This document shows, piece by piece, positions 10,097 through 20,900 of a stretch of DNA of 36,302 nucleotides. The stretch lies in the NCBI GenBank assembly GCA_019057795.1, contig JAHLWS010000010.1, positions 1 through 36,302 of the forward strand, written 5' to 3'. The DNA is from Promethearchaeota archaeon (GTDB lineage: Archaea > Asgardarchaeota > Lokiarchaeia > Sigyniarchaeales > SOKP01). Every line of letters begins with the position of its first letter. Position 1 is the first letter of the stretch. The notes under the pieces were generated by a model. That model was given only the letters and a program-made list of their open reading frames with translations, did not search any database and was not told the DNA's origin. A program made the position numbers and the translations under genes.

Positions 10097-11206
10097 TTAA
10101 GTTGTTTTTATCCTTGGAGGTGGAACAAAAACCTCTCTATTTCCTGTTCTTTCTAATTCCATTGCGTCTTCAGGGCAATGATGAACACATACACCACACC
10201 CTATACATCTACTTTCGTTAACAACAGCAATAGCATCTTCCAATTCAATTGCCTCCATTGGACATTTCTCTACACATGTTCCGCAACCTATGCATATATC
10301 ATCAAATACTTTTGCTAAATAACTAGTATAGCAATGGTATGGCATAACACCGTTCCAAAATAAAGAGAATATACCACAACAACATTTACAACAATTACAT
10401 ATAGCTTCTTCGTCTAATTCTGGCTTGAGGTGAGTATGGAACGCTTTATGTACGAGACCTTCGTCTGATGCCTTATTAATTATTTTTATTGCTTCTTCCT
10501 TTGAAATTTTGTTTCCAAAGTTATGGTCTATAGCAAATTTTGCGCTTTTTCCTAACAATAAGCAGTTCAATCTTTCGTTTGTAACTTTACAAGAGTCCTC
10601 TAATAGATCTTTCTCATGTCGACAATAACAATGAACGAGAGCAATATCGTCGTATTTATTAACTATTTTTGAAGCTTCTTCATACGGTAATATTTTATCA
10701 ACTGGAACATCCTCAATCTCTTCCTCAACGGGTACGACTCTTGTAATAGGTGGAAATTTTTTAAACTGAGCGACAATGTGATCGTAGTTTCTTTGAGTTC
10801 CTTCACTCATTTCTTCAAACATTTTGTTAAAAAGGTGCGCCAGTTTTATTTGCTTTTCTCCTGTTTCGCCTCTCGTAAATTGCATTTCAAATAGACCAGG
10901 AAAAGGACCCAGCAGCCTATATACCATTATCCCCGTTCTCCTGCTTGGAACGCCTACTACGACTCCGTTATCCATTAATTCGTTTAAAGTCTGGTTTAGA
11001 ACCTCCTCACTTAAAGTTGTTTTTTCTCTTATCTGATTTATACTAAGAGAAGGTTTTTTAAAGATTGAAATGAAATCTGCTTGTTCTTCAGTCATTATTA
11101 GTTGTAGCAGTTCAAGAAGAGTATCATTAACAGCCATAGGAAGTTGTCCAGCTTTAACTATCGTTCGCGCTGCTTTGTACCAAATTTTTTTACTATCTTT
11201 AACCAT
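10097..11206 (-). CDS. Multi-Fe-S protein with C-terminal 2x[4Fe-4S] domain, tandem paralog of 8987..10081
   Basis: Same motifs (HCYCRH, ICNCCKCCC, two CxxCxxCxxxCP), colinear with the downstream paralog. Confidence 0.85.
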   Translation of the reverse strand: MVKDSKKIWYKAARTIVKAGQLPMAVNDTLLELLQLIMTEEQADFISIFKKPSLSINQIREKTTLSEEVLNQTLNELMDNGVVVGVPSRRTGIMVYRLLGPFPGLFEMQFTRGETGEKQIKLAHLFNKMFEEMSEGTQRNYDHIVAQFKKFPPITRVVPVEEEIEDVPVDKILPYEEASKIVNKYDDIALVHCYCRHEKDLLEDSCKVTNERLNCLLLGKSAKFAIDHNFGNKISKEEAIKIINKASDEGLVHKAFHTHLKPELDEEAICNCCKCCCGIFSLFWNGVMPYHCYTSYLAKVFDDICIGCGTCVEKCPMEAIELEDAIAVVNESRCIGCGVCVHHCPEDAMELERTGNREVFVPPPRIKTT

Positions 11207-11329
11207 TTTTTATAATCCCCTTAGTAATACCTAATACTAATTAAACAGATTGTAAAATGCTTAATTTAATTAAAATTCTATGTTATGTTATAAAAAGATT
11301 ATTTTTTAAACTAGCGATATTAACAATTT

Positions 11330-11755
11330 TTAAAGCGGTTCTCTTACTAAATAATAAATCTTTTCAGATTCGCATTTTGGACAATTTGTCTTGCGTTCTT
11401 GTGAGGCTAGTTCATCTTCCCACTCTTTATTACAATTTAGGCACCCATAGCCCTTAAAACCTTGTTTGAAATTAATATTCCCCCCATAAACGCGTATATC
11501 TTTTCCTTCAATAAGAGCTTGAGTGATTTTCTGATGAGCTTTGTCCAAAATCCTAGAAAAAGTTGGTTGAGATACACCCATTTTTTCTGCAGATTCCTTT
11601 TGATTCAAGGAAATATAATGCTTCAAACGCATTGCCTCGAATTCTGCGACCGTTAAACCAACAAAATCCATTAATAATGGGTCTCTACTCTCAGATTGGA
11701 AGTAAAAATTATTTGGCGTACTTTTTACATATCTCATCCTTGTACGACGACCCAT
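11330..11755 (-). CDS. DUF134 (UPF0251) HTH protein with C-terminal zinc ribbon
   Basis: EFEAMRLKH..LNQKESAEKMGVSQPTFSRIL..AHQKI..ALIEGK; CLNC...CPKC. Confidence 0.88.
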   Translation of the reverse strand: MGRRTRMRYVKSTPNNFYFQSESRDPLLMDFVGLTVAEFEAMRLKHYISLNQKESAEKMGVSQPTFSRILDKAHQKITQALIEGKDIRVYGGNINFKQGFKGYGCLNCNKEWEDELASQERKTNCPKCESEKIYYLVREPL

Positions 11756-12024
11756 TTTTACACAACACTATTATTATTAAAATTTTTAATAATTATTCGC
11801 AATTGATATATTTATTTATGAAAAATATTCATTTTAAATATTGTGTTATATATTATAAAATATTGTGATAAAGTGCTCTATATAACATTATTCGGAATGC
11901 TAAAACTAAGAAATAAATGTTATTACAACATCCATTAAAGGCACACAAAGAATAATTTAGATTAAAGTTTAAAAATAGAAAAAACTAATATTTAAAATAC
12001 AATATCTATTTTTATAAAAAAAAT

Positions 12025-13380
12025 TTGGTTGATCAAATGGAGACAACTGAAAATGAATATAAATTGATTTATACGGGAATTTTTTCTTCTTTATATTTTA
12101 CTCAGGGAGTTACTCAGAGTATATTTACTGTAATTGTGCCCGTATATTTGTTAAATCAACTTGGTTCTGTTGACACGGCAGCTCTTTCGTTCATGTTTTC
12201 CATTATTTTAACGCCTTTTATTCTTAAATTGATATATGGCTTATTAAGCGATAAATTTGGATCAAAAAAACTTGGTAGAAGGAAACCATGGATATTAGGT
12301 TCCACCGGTTTTACAGGAATTATGTGGATAGTATTATCTTTTTTAATTCCCTTTTTACTTGATTCAAATCCTTCAGGAATTATTGGTTATATATCTTTAC
12401 TTGGTTTTGTATTAATTTTGGGGGTAGCAATATCAGATACCGCAATGGACGGCTTTATTCTTGATATTTGTCCTAAAGAGAAGTTGGGGCGTACTACAGG
12501 AACAGTTTGGGCATTTAGATCATTAGGAATAATAATTGGAGGACCAATAATTTTATTCCTAATCCTATTTATCCAATTTGAATTAATACTAATTAGTATT
12601 GGTATCCTAACAGTTCTATTTGGACTTTTAACTCTGAAAATACCACACAACACTATTACCGAAGAAATAAGATTGGGAAAAAATCTTAAATCAATGTTTA
12701 AGAGGGGAGAAAACTGGAAAATGTTTGGTTTTTCATTTTTTATGGCAATTGTGGATGGTGTTATATTTACCATGATTTCACTATATGTTTTAGTACAAGC
12801 AGGTGTTGTTGCCGGTGAAGGCGCTACCCTTGATTTATTAGAAGAAGATATAAGCCTATATGGCCCTCAAGCTATAATAACACTATTTATTGGTGTAGGC
12901 GTTATTTTAGGAGCGCTTATTGGGGGTTCAATCGCAGATCTCAAAACAAGAAGGTTGAGCGTTTTTATATCACTTGCATTAACAACAATAGCTCTATTGT
13001 TCCAACTAATCCCGGCTGAATGGCCCATTTTATTAATCTTTGCTTTTATTATTGGGTCGTCTAGTGGGTGGAGCAATTCTAGTTTTTCAGCTGTAGCAAG
13101 TGAATACTCTAAGCAATATCCTGAAGCAACAAGTACATATTATTCTATTTGCACCTCCTTTATCAATCTTGGTGCACAGATAGGCTTAATTATTATGGGA
13201 ATAGTGTTTAGTACTGTTTCTGGCGTTTCTACAGATATTCGATTAGCATTTGGAATAATTTTTATCGTTATGATATTCCTATCGAATCTTGCGTTAATCC
13301 CTTTCTTACTATTGGACCGCAAACAATATGAGTATAAGTTAAAAGAAGAAGTTGAAGGAGAGCATATAGCATCTACCTAA
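12025..13380 (+). CDS. MFS transporter, AmpG/AT-1-like (paralog of 7015..8340)
   Basis: YFTQG, PFILKLIYGLLSD, GRRKPWI, DTAMDG; start may be ATG 12037. Confidence 0.85.
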   Translation: MVDQMETTENEYKLIYTGIFSSLYFTQGVTQSIFTVIVPVYLLNQLGSVDTAALSFMFSIILTPFILKLIYGLLSDKFGSKKLGRRKPWILGSTGFTGIMWIVLSFLIPFLLDSNPSGIIGYISLLGFVLILGVAISDTAMDGFILDICPKEKLGRTTGTVWAFRSLGIIIGGPIILFLILFIQFELILISIGILTVLFGLLTLKIPHNTITEEIRLGKNLKSMFKRGENWKMFGFSFFMAIVDGVIFTMISLYVLVQAGVVAGEGATLDLLEEDISLYGPQAIITLFIGVGVILGALIGGSIADLKTRRLSVFISLALTTIALLFQLIPAEWPILLIFAFIIGSSSGWSNSSFSAVASEYSKQYPEATSTYYSICTSFINLGAQIGLIIMGIVFSTVSGVSTDIRLAFGIIFIVMIFLSNLALIPFLLLDRKQYEYKLKEEVEGEHIAST

Positions 13381-13491
13381 GAAGCATTAAATACTTAAAT
13401 ATTATTCTTTTTCATTATTTTAATTTCTTTTCATAAGATTTTTAACTTTTTATAAATGAAGTAATACAAATTTTAATTCTCTAAAATTTAT

Positions 13492-14679
13492 GTGGTGTTT
13501 AAAATTAATTTAAAATACGCTGATAGAGTTAACAGATTACCACCGTATATTTTCGTTGAAATTGAAAAATTGAAAAATGAAAAAGAAAGGCAAGGAATTG
13601 ACTTAATATCATTAGGTATCGGAGATCCAGATTTAACGACTCCAGATATAATTCTTAACGAAATGATTAAACAAGTACGATATCCAGAAAACCAAAATTA
13701 TCCATCTAGTATGGGTGAACAAGATTTTAGAGAGGCAGTTCAGAGATGGTATAAAGTAAGATTCAACGTAGAATTTGATGCGGATAATGAGGTAAGTAAT
13801 TTAATTGGGGGAAAAGAAGGTATAGCCAATATAGCAAGGGCTTTTGTTAACCCGGGAGATATTGTGTTGTGTCCTAGCCCAGGATATCCTGTTTATGAAA
13901 ACGGTGCTACAAAATTATGCGATGGAGAACCATATCTAGTACCGTTATTAGAAGAAAATAACTATCTGCCGGAATTTGAAACCATTGATACTAGTATTCT
14001 TAAAAAAGCGAAATTGATGTATTTGAATTACCCCAATAACCCAACTGGAGCAACTGCACCTAAAGCGTTTTTAAAAAAAGCAGTGGACTACGCTGAAGAT
14101 TATAATTTTATTATTGTTTATGACAATCCTTATTCTGAGTTCACTTTTGACGATTATATTGCCCCCTCTCTCTTACAAATAGACCAAAATCACATAGAAC
14201 TTAATAGTGCGTCAAAAATGTTTTGTATGACGGGATTTAGGTGTGGTTGGGCAGTTGGACATGAAGATATAATTAAGGGAATTAGAAAAGTAAAATCTCA
14301 AATTGATTCTGGAAGTCCAAGGTTTATTCAAAAAGCTGTTATTAAAGGTTTGAACGAATACATGTCTGAAAAAAAGCCCAAAATTGTAAAAGAAATTATA
14401 GAAACATATGAAAGAAGGCGAGATGCGTTAATAAAGGGTCTCAATGAAATAGGATGGAAAACTGAAAAACCAAAAGCAACTTTTTATGTATGGTCGCATA
14501 TACCTGAAGGAGAAACTAATAGTATGGATTTCGTAAAGAAGTTGATAGACATTGGAGTAGTTCTCACTCCAGGGGCAGGGTTTGGTAAGTTTGGAGAAGG
14601 TTTTGTAAGATTTGCTTTAACTCAACCAATCAATAAAATAAAAGAAGCTTTAGAAAGAATAGAAAAAGTAATTAATTAA
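13492..14679 (+). CDS. dapL: PLP-dependent class I/II aminotransferase, LL-diaminopimelate aminotransferase-like
   Basis: LPPYIF, SLGIGDPD, GGKEG, NYPNNPTG, DNPY, SASKMFCMTGFRCG (PLP lysine), G.GFG..GEGFVRFAL. Confidence 0.75.
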   Translation: MVFKINLKYADRVNRLPPYIFVEIEKLKNEKERQGIDLISLGIGDPDLTTPDIILNEMIKQVRYPENQNYPSSMGEQDFREAVQRWYKVRFNVEFDADNEVSNLIGGKEGIANIARAFVNPGDIVLCPSPGYPVYENGATKLCDGEPYLVPLLEENNYLPEFETIDTSILKKAKLMYLNYPNNPTGATAPKAFLKKAVDYAEDYNFIIVYDNPYSEFTFDDYIAPSLLQIDQNHIELNSASKMFCMTGFRCGWAVGHEDIIKGIRKVKSQIDSGSPRFIQKAVIKGLNEYMSEKKPKIVKEIIETYERRRDALIKGLNEIGWKTEKPKATFYVWSHIPEGETNSMDFVKKLIDIGVVLTPGAGFGKFGEGFVRFALTQPINKIKEALERIEKVIN

Positions 14680-14693
14680 AAAAGAATTAAAAG

Positions 14694-14870
14694 TTATTTA
14701 GATAAATTTTGATATTTTTTTCTCAGATAAGCCATTCTTATCTGATCTTCGCTTTCAATTACACCAGGGTAGGCATCTGAGATATCAAGCATCATCATGA
14801 GAGGGGCATTATCAGAATTCCAATCTTTATAATACTCTAATATCATATCAGGTTCTATTTTTCCGGCCAT
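14694..14870 (-). CDS. 58-aa microprotein (MAGKIEPDMILEYYKDWNSDNAPLMMMLDISDAYPGVIESEDQIRMAYLRKKYQNLSK), not in ORF track
   Basis: Open ATG..TAA frame; strong SD GGAGGTG (14881-14887) 10 nt upstream; convergent with dapL. Confidence 0.75.
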   Translation of the reverse strand: MAGKIEPDMILEYYKDWNSDNAPLMMMLDISDAYPGVIESEDQIRMAYLRKKYQNLSK

Positions 14871-14919
14871 TTCTTTTTTTCACCTCCTTTTTATAATTTA
14901 AATTTTTACGCAGAAAACT

Positions 14920-15152
14920 AAAACCCCATTCCACCTTTTTCTAAAAAATTGAGAAAGTATTACACTAAGAGAATAAATCCAAACAATTTAAAAGAAAAAG
15001 AGTAAGAAATAGGATTTATTCTCTTCATAATACTGTAACAGTGGGAATAATGGCTCTCTTGCAGCCAGCCCATGTAATAGTAGTATTATGTCGTGAAAAA
15101 TTCATTATTGTAAGAATAAAACGAGTGTATACTAATAAATATTGTGGGTTTT
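14920..15152. ncRNA. Putative structured RNA or leader forming a four-way junction
   Basis: Abutting helices P1 14956-14966/15124-15133, P2 14967-14980/15012-15025 (14-bp perfect), P3 15026-15090, P4 15091-15124; possible outer stem 14920-14926/15146-15152. Confidence 0.55.
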
Positions 15153-15296
15153 TTTTCCCATCTGTTTTGATATTAATGTTTTACTTTGTCATTTTTGTCG
15201 AGAGCGAGATTTAATAATTCTTTAAATCAATTGAACCATAAATTAATTTATAAGAATAAAATGGATATTCTTAATTTTTATTATAAATTGAGACCG

Positions 15297-16616
15297 ATGG
15301 ATAAAAAAATCGTACTAGTAGGCGCGGGTAGTACCTCATTTGGCCCTTCTACTTTATTAGATCTTTATCAAAGCGATGTTCTAAGTGGATCAACCGTTGT
15401 CTTACACGATATCAATAAGGACCACTTAGAAATCATTTTTGAGTTAATTGAAGCTGAAAATAAGATCCATAATAATAAATTCAATGTTGAACACACCACA
15501 AACCGCAAAAAAGCTTTGAAAGGAGCAGATTTCATTATTAGTTCTATCGAAGTTGGAGATCGTTTTAAATTGTGGAGAGAAGATTACGAGATTCCTAGAA
15601 AGTATGGGTCTACTCAGATATTAGGAGAATGTGGTGGCCCTGGAGGGACTATGCACTCGTTTAGGATTATTCCTCCAATAGTAGAAATTGTGAAAAATGT
15701 TGAGGAAATATGTCCCGATGCGTTTTTCATTAACTTTTCAAATCCGATGGCTAGAGTATGCTTAGCAATCAAAAGAACGGCTCCAAATCTTAAATTCGTA
15801 GGACTTTGCCATCAAATCGGATTTCTTAATTATCATTTACCCAAAATGGTGAAAAAGAAATTGGATAATTTAAAGTTAAAGCCGTATGGATTAAATCACT
15901 TTGGGTTTTTAATGGGGCTCGAGGAATTAGCTAGCGGTAAAGATTTAATGCCAGAATTTAATAGTAAGGCAAGTGAGTACTTTAAACAACACGAAGACAG
16001 GTTTGAATTTTCTACCTTAACTTTTGAGGTTTATAAAAGATTTGGCTATCTTCCCTATGTAGGTGATAATCATCTCGGTGAATATTTACAATTCGGAGAA
16101 GAGTTCACTGAAACGCAAGATATGATCGATTGGATTGATAATACTGATAAACACGGTAAAAGGATTAATAGACGCGTTTTAAGAAACTACAAACGCCTTA
16201 AAGAAGGGAGGTATCTTAAGAAAGGAATGCTCTCTAAGGGATCTTCTGGAGAAAGAGCAATCCCTATTATTGAAGCAATAATTACAGATGAAAATACTTA
16301 TGAGAGCGCTGTAAACATTCCAAATGACGGGATCATTGAAAATTTACCTCAAGACCTCGTTGTCGAATGCCCAGTTACGGTGGATAAAGATGGCGTACAT
16401 GGTGTCAAATGGGGAATGTTGCCAAAAGACATTGCCGCAATACTTAGAATTGAAGCGATTATTCAGGATTTATGCGTTGAAGCCATTTTAAAGAAGTCAA
16501 AAGATATAGCAATAACAAGCTTAGCTGTTGATCCAAATGTGGGAAGTTTTGAAATTGCGGAAAAGATTTTTACCGAAATAAAATCTAACAGTAATTACTA
16601 TGATTATTTTAGATAA
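15297..16616 (+). CDS. Glycoside hydrolase family 4 (NAD+/Mn2+-dependent alpha-galactosidase/glucosidase)
   Basis: KIVLVGAGSTSFG Rossmann start, GECGGPGG, INFSNP, GLCH, GLNHF. ATG 15297 is preferred over the track's 15186. Confidence 0.9.
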   Translation: MDKKIVLVGAGSTSFGPSTLLDLYQSDVLSGSTVVLHDINKDHLEIIFELIEAENKIHNNKFNVEHTTNRKKALKGADFIISSIEVGDRFKLWREDYEIPRKYGSTQILGECGGPGGTMHSFRIIPPIVEIVKNVEEICPDAFFINFSNPMARVCLAIKRTAPNLKFVGLCHQIGFLNYHLPKMVKKKLDNLKLKPYGLNHFGFLMGLEELASGKDLMPEFNSKASEYFKQHEDRFEFSTLTFEVYKRFGYLPYVGDNHLGEYLQFGEEFTETQDMIDWIDNTDKHGKRINRRVLRNYKRLKEGRYLKKGMLSKGSSGERAIPIIEAIITDENTYESAVNIPNDGIIENLPQDLVVECPVTVDKDGVHGVKWGMLPKDIAAILRIEAIIQDLCVEAILKKSKDIAITSLAVDPNVGSFEIAEKIFTEIKSNSNYYDYFR

Positions 16617-16933
16617 TCAAGCGAAAGTATTGACACAGTTTATTAAACAAAATTGAAGCGAAATATACTAATTTACTAACTATTCCTTCTTTCTCTAGTA
16701 ACTGTTTAAAAGGATAATTATTCGTTTTTTACGTGAATATCAATAATCTCTAAATAATGTTAAGAAATTTGGTTAGAGTTAGAAACACTTAGTAGTCTTT
16801 TTTTCTATAACATATAAAGCTGTAATTTCATAACCAAAAAAAAAATTTCATATAATGGCGCTAGAGCGTGAGATACAGGACTATTAAAAAATATATAGGT
16901 TGAAAAATTACGGTTATACACCAATTCTTAGAG

Positions 16934-16968
16934 TTTTACTAGTAAAATCTAGAATTTACCAGTAAATT
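16934..16968. promoter_or_regulatory. Two tandem palindromic operator-like sites upstream of membrane-protein operon
   Basis: TTTTACTAGTAAAA (16934-16947) and AATTTACCAGTAAATT (16953-16968), centres 20 bp apart. Confidence 0.5.
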
Positions 16969-17010
16969 ATATCAATACATTTTTTTATGAGTATCACCTT
17001 ATGTTAGCTC

Positions 17011-17949
17011 ATGAATTCTAATGTTGTAAAAAAATCTGAAATTAAATACGAAAAAGCTACAAACATTCTTTGGAAAGTGTGGTGGTTTTGTTGGTATTTA
17101 TTAATTGTTCCTTCAGGTATTACAGCATTAGGTTATTTTATCTTCTTTTTTATTAGTCAAGATATTTATATTTCACTGGGTTTTTCTGTCCTTACATTTA
17201 TGTTTTCGATACTTTTTTTCTATAAATTTTTTGATAAATATAGAAATGAGCCCGTTTTTCTTAACCAAACTAATAATCCTACTTCAAGGATACATATTTT
17301 ATTTTTAATAACCATTTTTTCTTTAATAGTAACTCCTATTTTCGTGTTTATCACTCCTTCAGATTACTCTTTTGAATTATTACCTTTAATTTCTTTTTGC
17401 GTGCTCTATTTAATAGTTTTTTACTATTACTATTTCAAACCTATAGACTTCTTTAACGCCTCTATAGGCGAATTCAAGCACTCAATTAGCTTTTCTTTAG
17501 CATCCAAACAGCTTTACAACATTATTGTAATCTTAAATTTTGTTATTCATATTTTATTTCTCTCTTACACATTTTATACAAAACTTTCATGGTTGTTCGC
17601 GTTAGTTACAAATTTTATCTTTTATTTCGTCACACTATTATCTACCAAAACTATCCGTAGAAAAATCAATGATTCAATCAAAGAGAATAAAAAAATTTTG
17701 AAAGATTTGATTACATTTCATAAAAAATACTCAATTTCAATTCTTAGCTTAATTTTCGTTCTGTTAATCCAAATGCCTTTTGTTATAATTGGAATTTACA
17801 GTTTATCTGGACCAACTCCCACGCTGTTTGAATTAATAAATGCTTTCTTTTTATCCATGATGTTCTTTCTAATTTATTTGAAAATTAGAGTATATCTCGC
17901 TTTTTATTATAAAAAATCTCTAATGAGGTTATCCAAGAATGAAATCTGA
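17011..17949 (+). CDS. Polytopic membrane protein (about 8 TM), unknown function
   Basis: Long hydrophobic stretches in hairpin pairs; overlaps start of the next gene. Confidence 0.8.
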   Translation: MNSNVVKKSEIKYEKATNILWKVWWFCWYLLIVPSGITALGYFIFFFISQDIYISLGFSVLTFMFSILFFYKFFDKYRNEPVFLNQTNNPTSRIHILFLITIFSLIVTPIFVFITPSDYSFELLPLISFCVLYLIVFYYYYFKPIDFFNASIGEFKHSISFSLASKQLYNIIVILNFVIHILFLSYTFYTKLSWLFALVTNFIFYFVTLLSTKTIRRKINDSIKENKKILKDLITFHKKYSISILSLIFVLLIQMPFVIIGIYSLSGPTPTLFELINAFFLSMMFFLIYLKIRVYLAFYYKKSLMRLSKNEI

Positions 17950-20900
17950 TAAAGTTGAGGATAGTTTGCCTGAAGAGTTCGGTAAGTATCAGAAGTTAAA
18001 TCTAATTTTATCAATTTTAATTTTAGGGTTTATTATTTTATTCTCGATTTTGATAGAATTTCCGATACTTATCCTATTCTCGCTACTAATATTAATCATT
18101 ATCTCGTATTACGAGCAGAAGGCAAACTTTTGCCCAAAAAAATACAGTAAATATATTTTTTTAATTAATTCTTCGGGGATTTTTGCGACAATTGTTTTTT
18201 GGTTTGTGCCTTTGCCATTAAATATTCAATTTATAATATTGATTATAGGATTATACTTAATCTTAGAAATTTTTGCGATAAGAGGTTATTTCGTTAAAGA
18301 GAATGTTTTGATTGCTCAACATGTTTTAGCTGTTTCTAGTTTTGTCATGATAATTTACTCATTTTTCGATATTTTTTCTTTTATTTACATTGATTTTACA
18401 ACAGATCCTATTCTAATAATTTTTTCAGAATTTTTGCTACATACTTTAACGATTCTATCACTAACTTTAATCTCTTTTTATTACCTCTATGTGCGATACT
18501 TTCGAAAACATCCATGGGATAATTTTAATAGATGCATGATGATTTTAATTTTATTAATAGAATTAACATCATACATCGTAATTAATCTTAGAAATTATTT
18601 CTCATTAAGCATACCTTTATTTAGCAATGGTTTGATTTTGTCAACAATCTTATTTCCAGGTATTTTTTTGATATTTACTTTCATAAATTATTTGATTGGC
18701 GTTTTCTCATCAAGAACAACTCTTTCTTATAGTTACTACTCATGTTGGGGTTTAATGCTGTCTATTGGTCTTTCAATTATGTTTATTTTTGCAAGTAATC
18801 TGACAATTGTAATTTCCATTTTATTATTTTTCTCAATTTCTTCGTATTATCTATTGAAATTTGGGCAGAAAATCGAAAAAATAAGCGAAAGTTCAATAGT
18901 TAAGTTTACTCGTATTAATTCTTATTTTATTTTTATAGAGCTATTTTTCCTATTATTTTCTATATTTTTTGAGTTGTTTTCATATTTTGCACTATACGAT
19001 GATATTATTATTTCAGCATATGCGTCATTTATAGGAATAACCTTTCTAAATAACATAATTTTAAAGAAAAAATTAATCTCAGAATCGAACAGGGTTGTAA
19101 TAAACGAGCTTTCTTTAATATTTACATCCGTTTTAATTTTTTATTACTCTTTTCTATATTTTCTCGATTCTTTTTGGATTCTTATTTTTCCTTTTTTATT
19201 CTTTAGCATTTCATTTTATTTACCCCTAAAATATATACTAAACAAAACAACCCAACAAACCTTTATAAAAAGCTTAATAAAGCTAAACAGTGTTGTATTA
19301 TGTGCGTCATTACTCCTTATTCCAACGATATTTAACTTGCAATTAGTGTTATTAGGATACGCTTTCAATGCATTTAATGTCGCTAATTTTACATTATATA
19401 TTTTTTATGGAATTTTAGTTTTTATTCATAATTTTTTAAGACAACTCAAAATTAGAGAAAAAAGGAGAGAACTAATTGTTAAATTACAGATTATCATTGG
19501 ATTTATCGTTACAGGTACCACCATGTTCTACTATCCATATGTTTTGTTTAAAGACACTTCGTATTTAATAATTTTTCCATTGCTCTCTGCTTTAAGTTTC
19601 TTATTTATCCCTCTTATATTTTCTTATAAAAAAGAGTGTTTTAATACCAAATTAGTTAAAAAGACAATAATTCTGAATAGTATTCTATTTTGGAGCATCA
19701 TTATTTTTATACCGTATATAATTGGGTTAGAAATCGTTAGATTAGGGATGGCCGCTGATCCTATCTTAATTATTTTATTTTCTGTAATACTATTTTTTGT
19801 TTCTTTAAAATTCTTTGATCAGATTTCATCATATATAGAATTGAAAGAAGGAATGATTAATATTATTAAGATAATTCAACCAATTACTTGGTTTTTCATC
19901 AGTATTCTAATTTCTATAATCTTTTTCAATCTAAATTTGATCGTAACAATTACTTGGTTAAGAAATGTTATTTTTGCCGGCGCGCTTTTGTTATTTTTTG
20001 TTTTTAACAGTTACAATTTAGTTCTTTTAGAAGATTTAAAGCAATCAGTCTTTGAAGACGAAACAAGTAAGTTAGATTATTACAAGATTTACAAAATTTA
20101 TGAATTTAATAAAAATATTATAATTTTCGGCGTAAGCATTTCACTATCTCTTTTATTTATGTCAATCGTCCAAATGTTTAATTATAACCAATTTTTTATT
20201 GATATGGGTCCTCAATTATTAGGTTATACCCTCCTCGACATTGCCATATTTTTACTAATATTATTACTCGCTCTTAATGTAAGTGATAAACTGATAAAAA
20301 TCGACTTCGAAAGAGTTAAAGTTACTTCTGAATTGATTATATGGATAATTCTAAAATCTATTATATTATTTACTTTAGCCTTGTATCCTATTCAAATGTT
20401 GTTTTTCAATAAAATAGCACTATTAATTCTTGTTTTCGCCGTTTTAAGTCCCATTTCTCATTATTATTTAGAAAGAAAATTTTTTCTCTTAGAAAATACT
20501 CAATTAGCAATAAGAAAAAGCATAGGGGTCTTGTTTTTCTTATCTATTATTTGTCTTTCCATTGAAATTATTTGGAACATCTCTTCTATAATGTTAGTCC
20601 CGTATTTTAATCAAGAGATACTCATAATTCTTGTTTTCGGGAAAATATTTCTATTTTCAAATTATTATCTTCTACGATATAATTTTTTTACAGAAAGAGA
20701 ATCTGGGTTTCATATCTATAAACTATTTGGAATTTCGTTAGTTTTACTGATTTCATACTTATTACCTCTCTCATTAGCTTTCTTTTTACCCTTTATGATA
20801 TTTTTATTACAAAGAAACAGAAATTCCTATTTTCGCTTGTTTTTCTATTTAATACTAAGTATTATAACATTTATTGAAGCAACAGGGTTCATGGTTTCAT

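Noticed and set aside
15026-15090. SECIS element or known riboswitch
   Set aside because: No AUGA/GA kink-turn core, no nearby in-frame TGA selenoprotein, and no TPP/cobalamin/fluoride consensus visible
15186-15296. N-terminal extension of GH4
   Set aside because: AT-rich, promoter-like sequence; the family fold starts at MDKKIVLVGAGS (15297)
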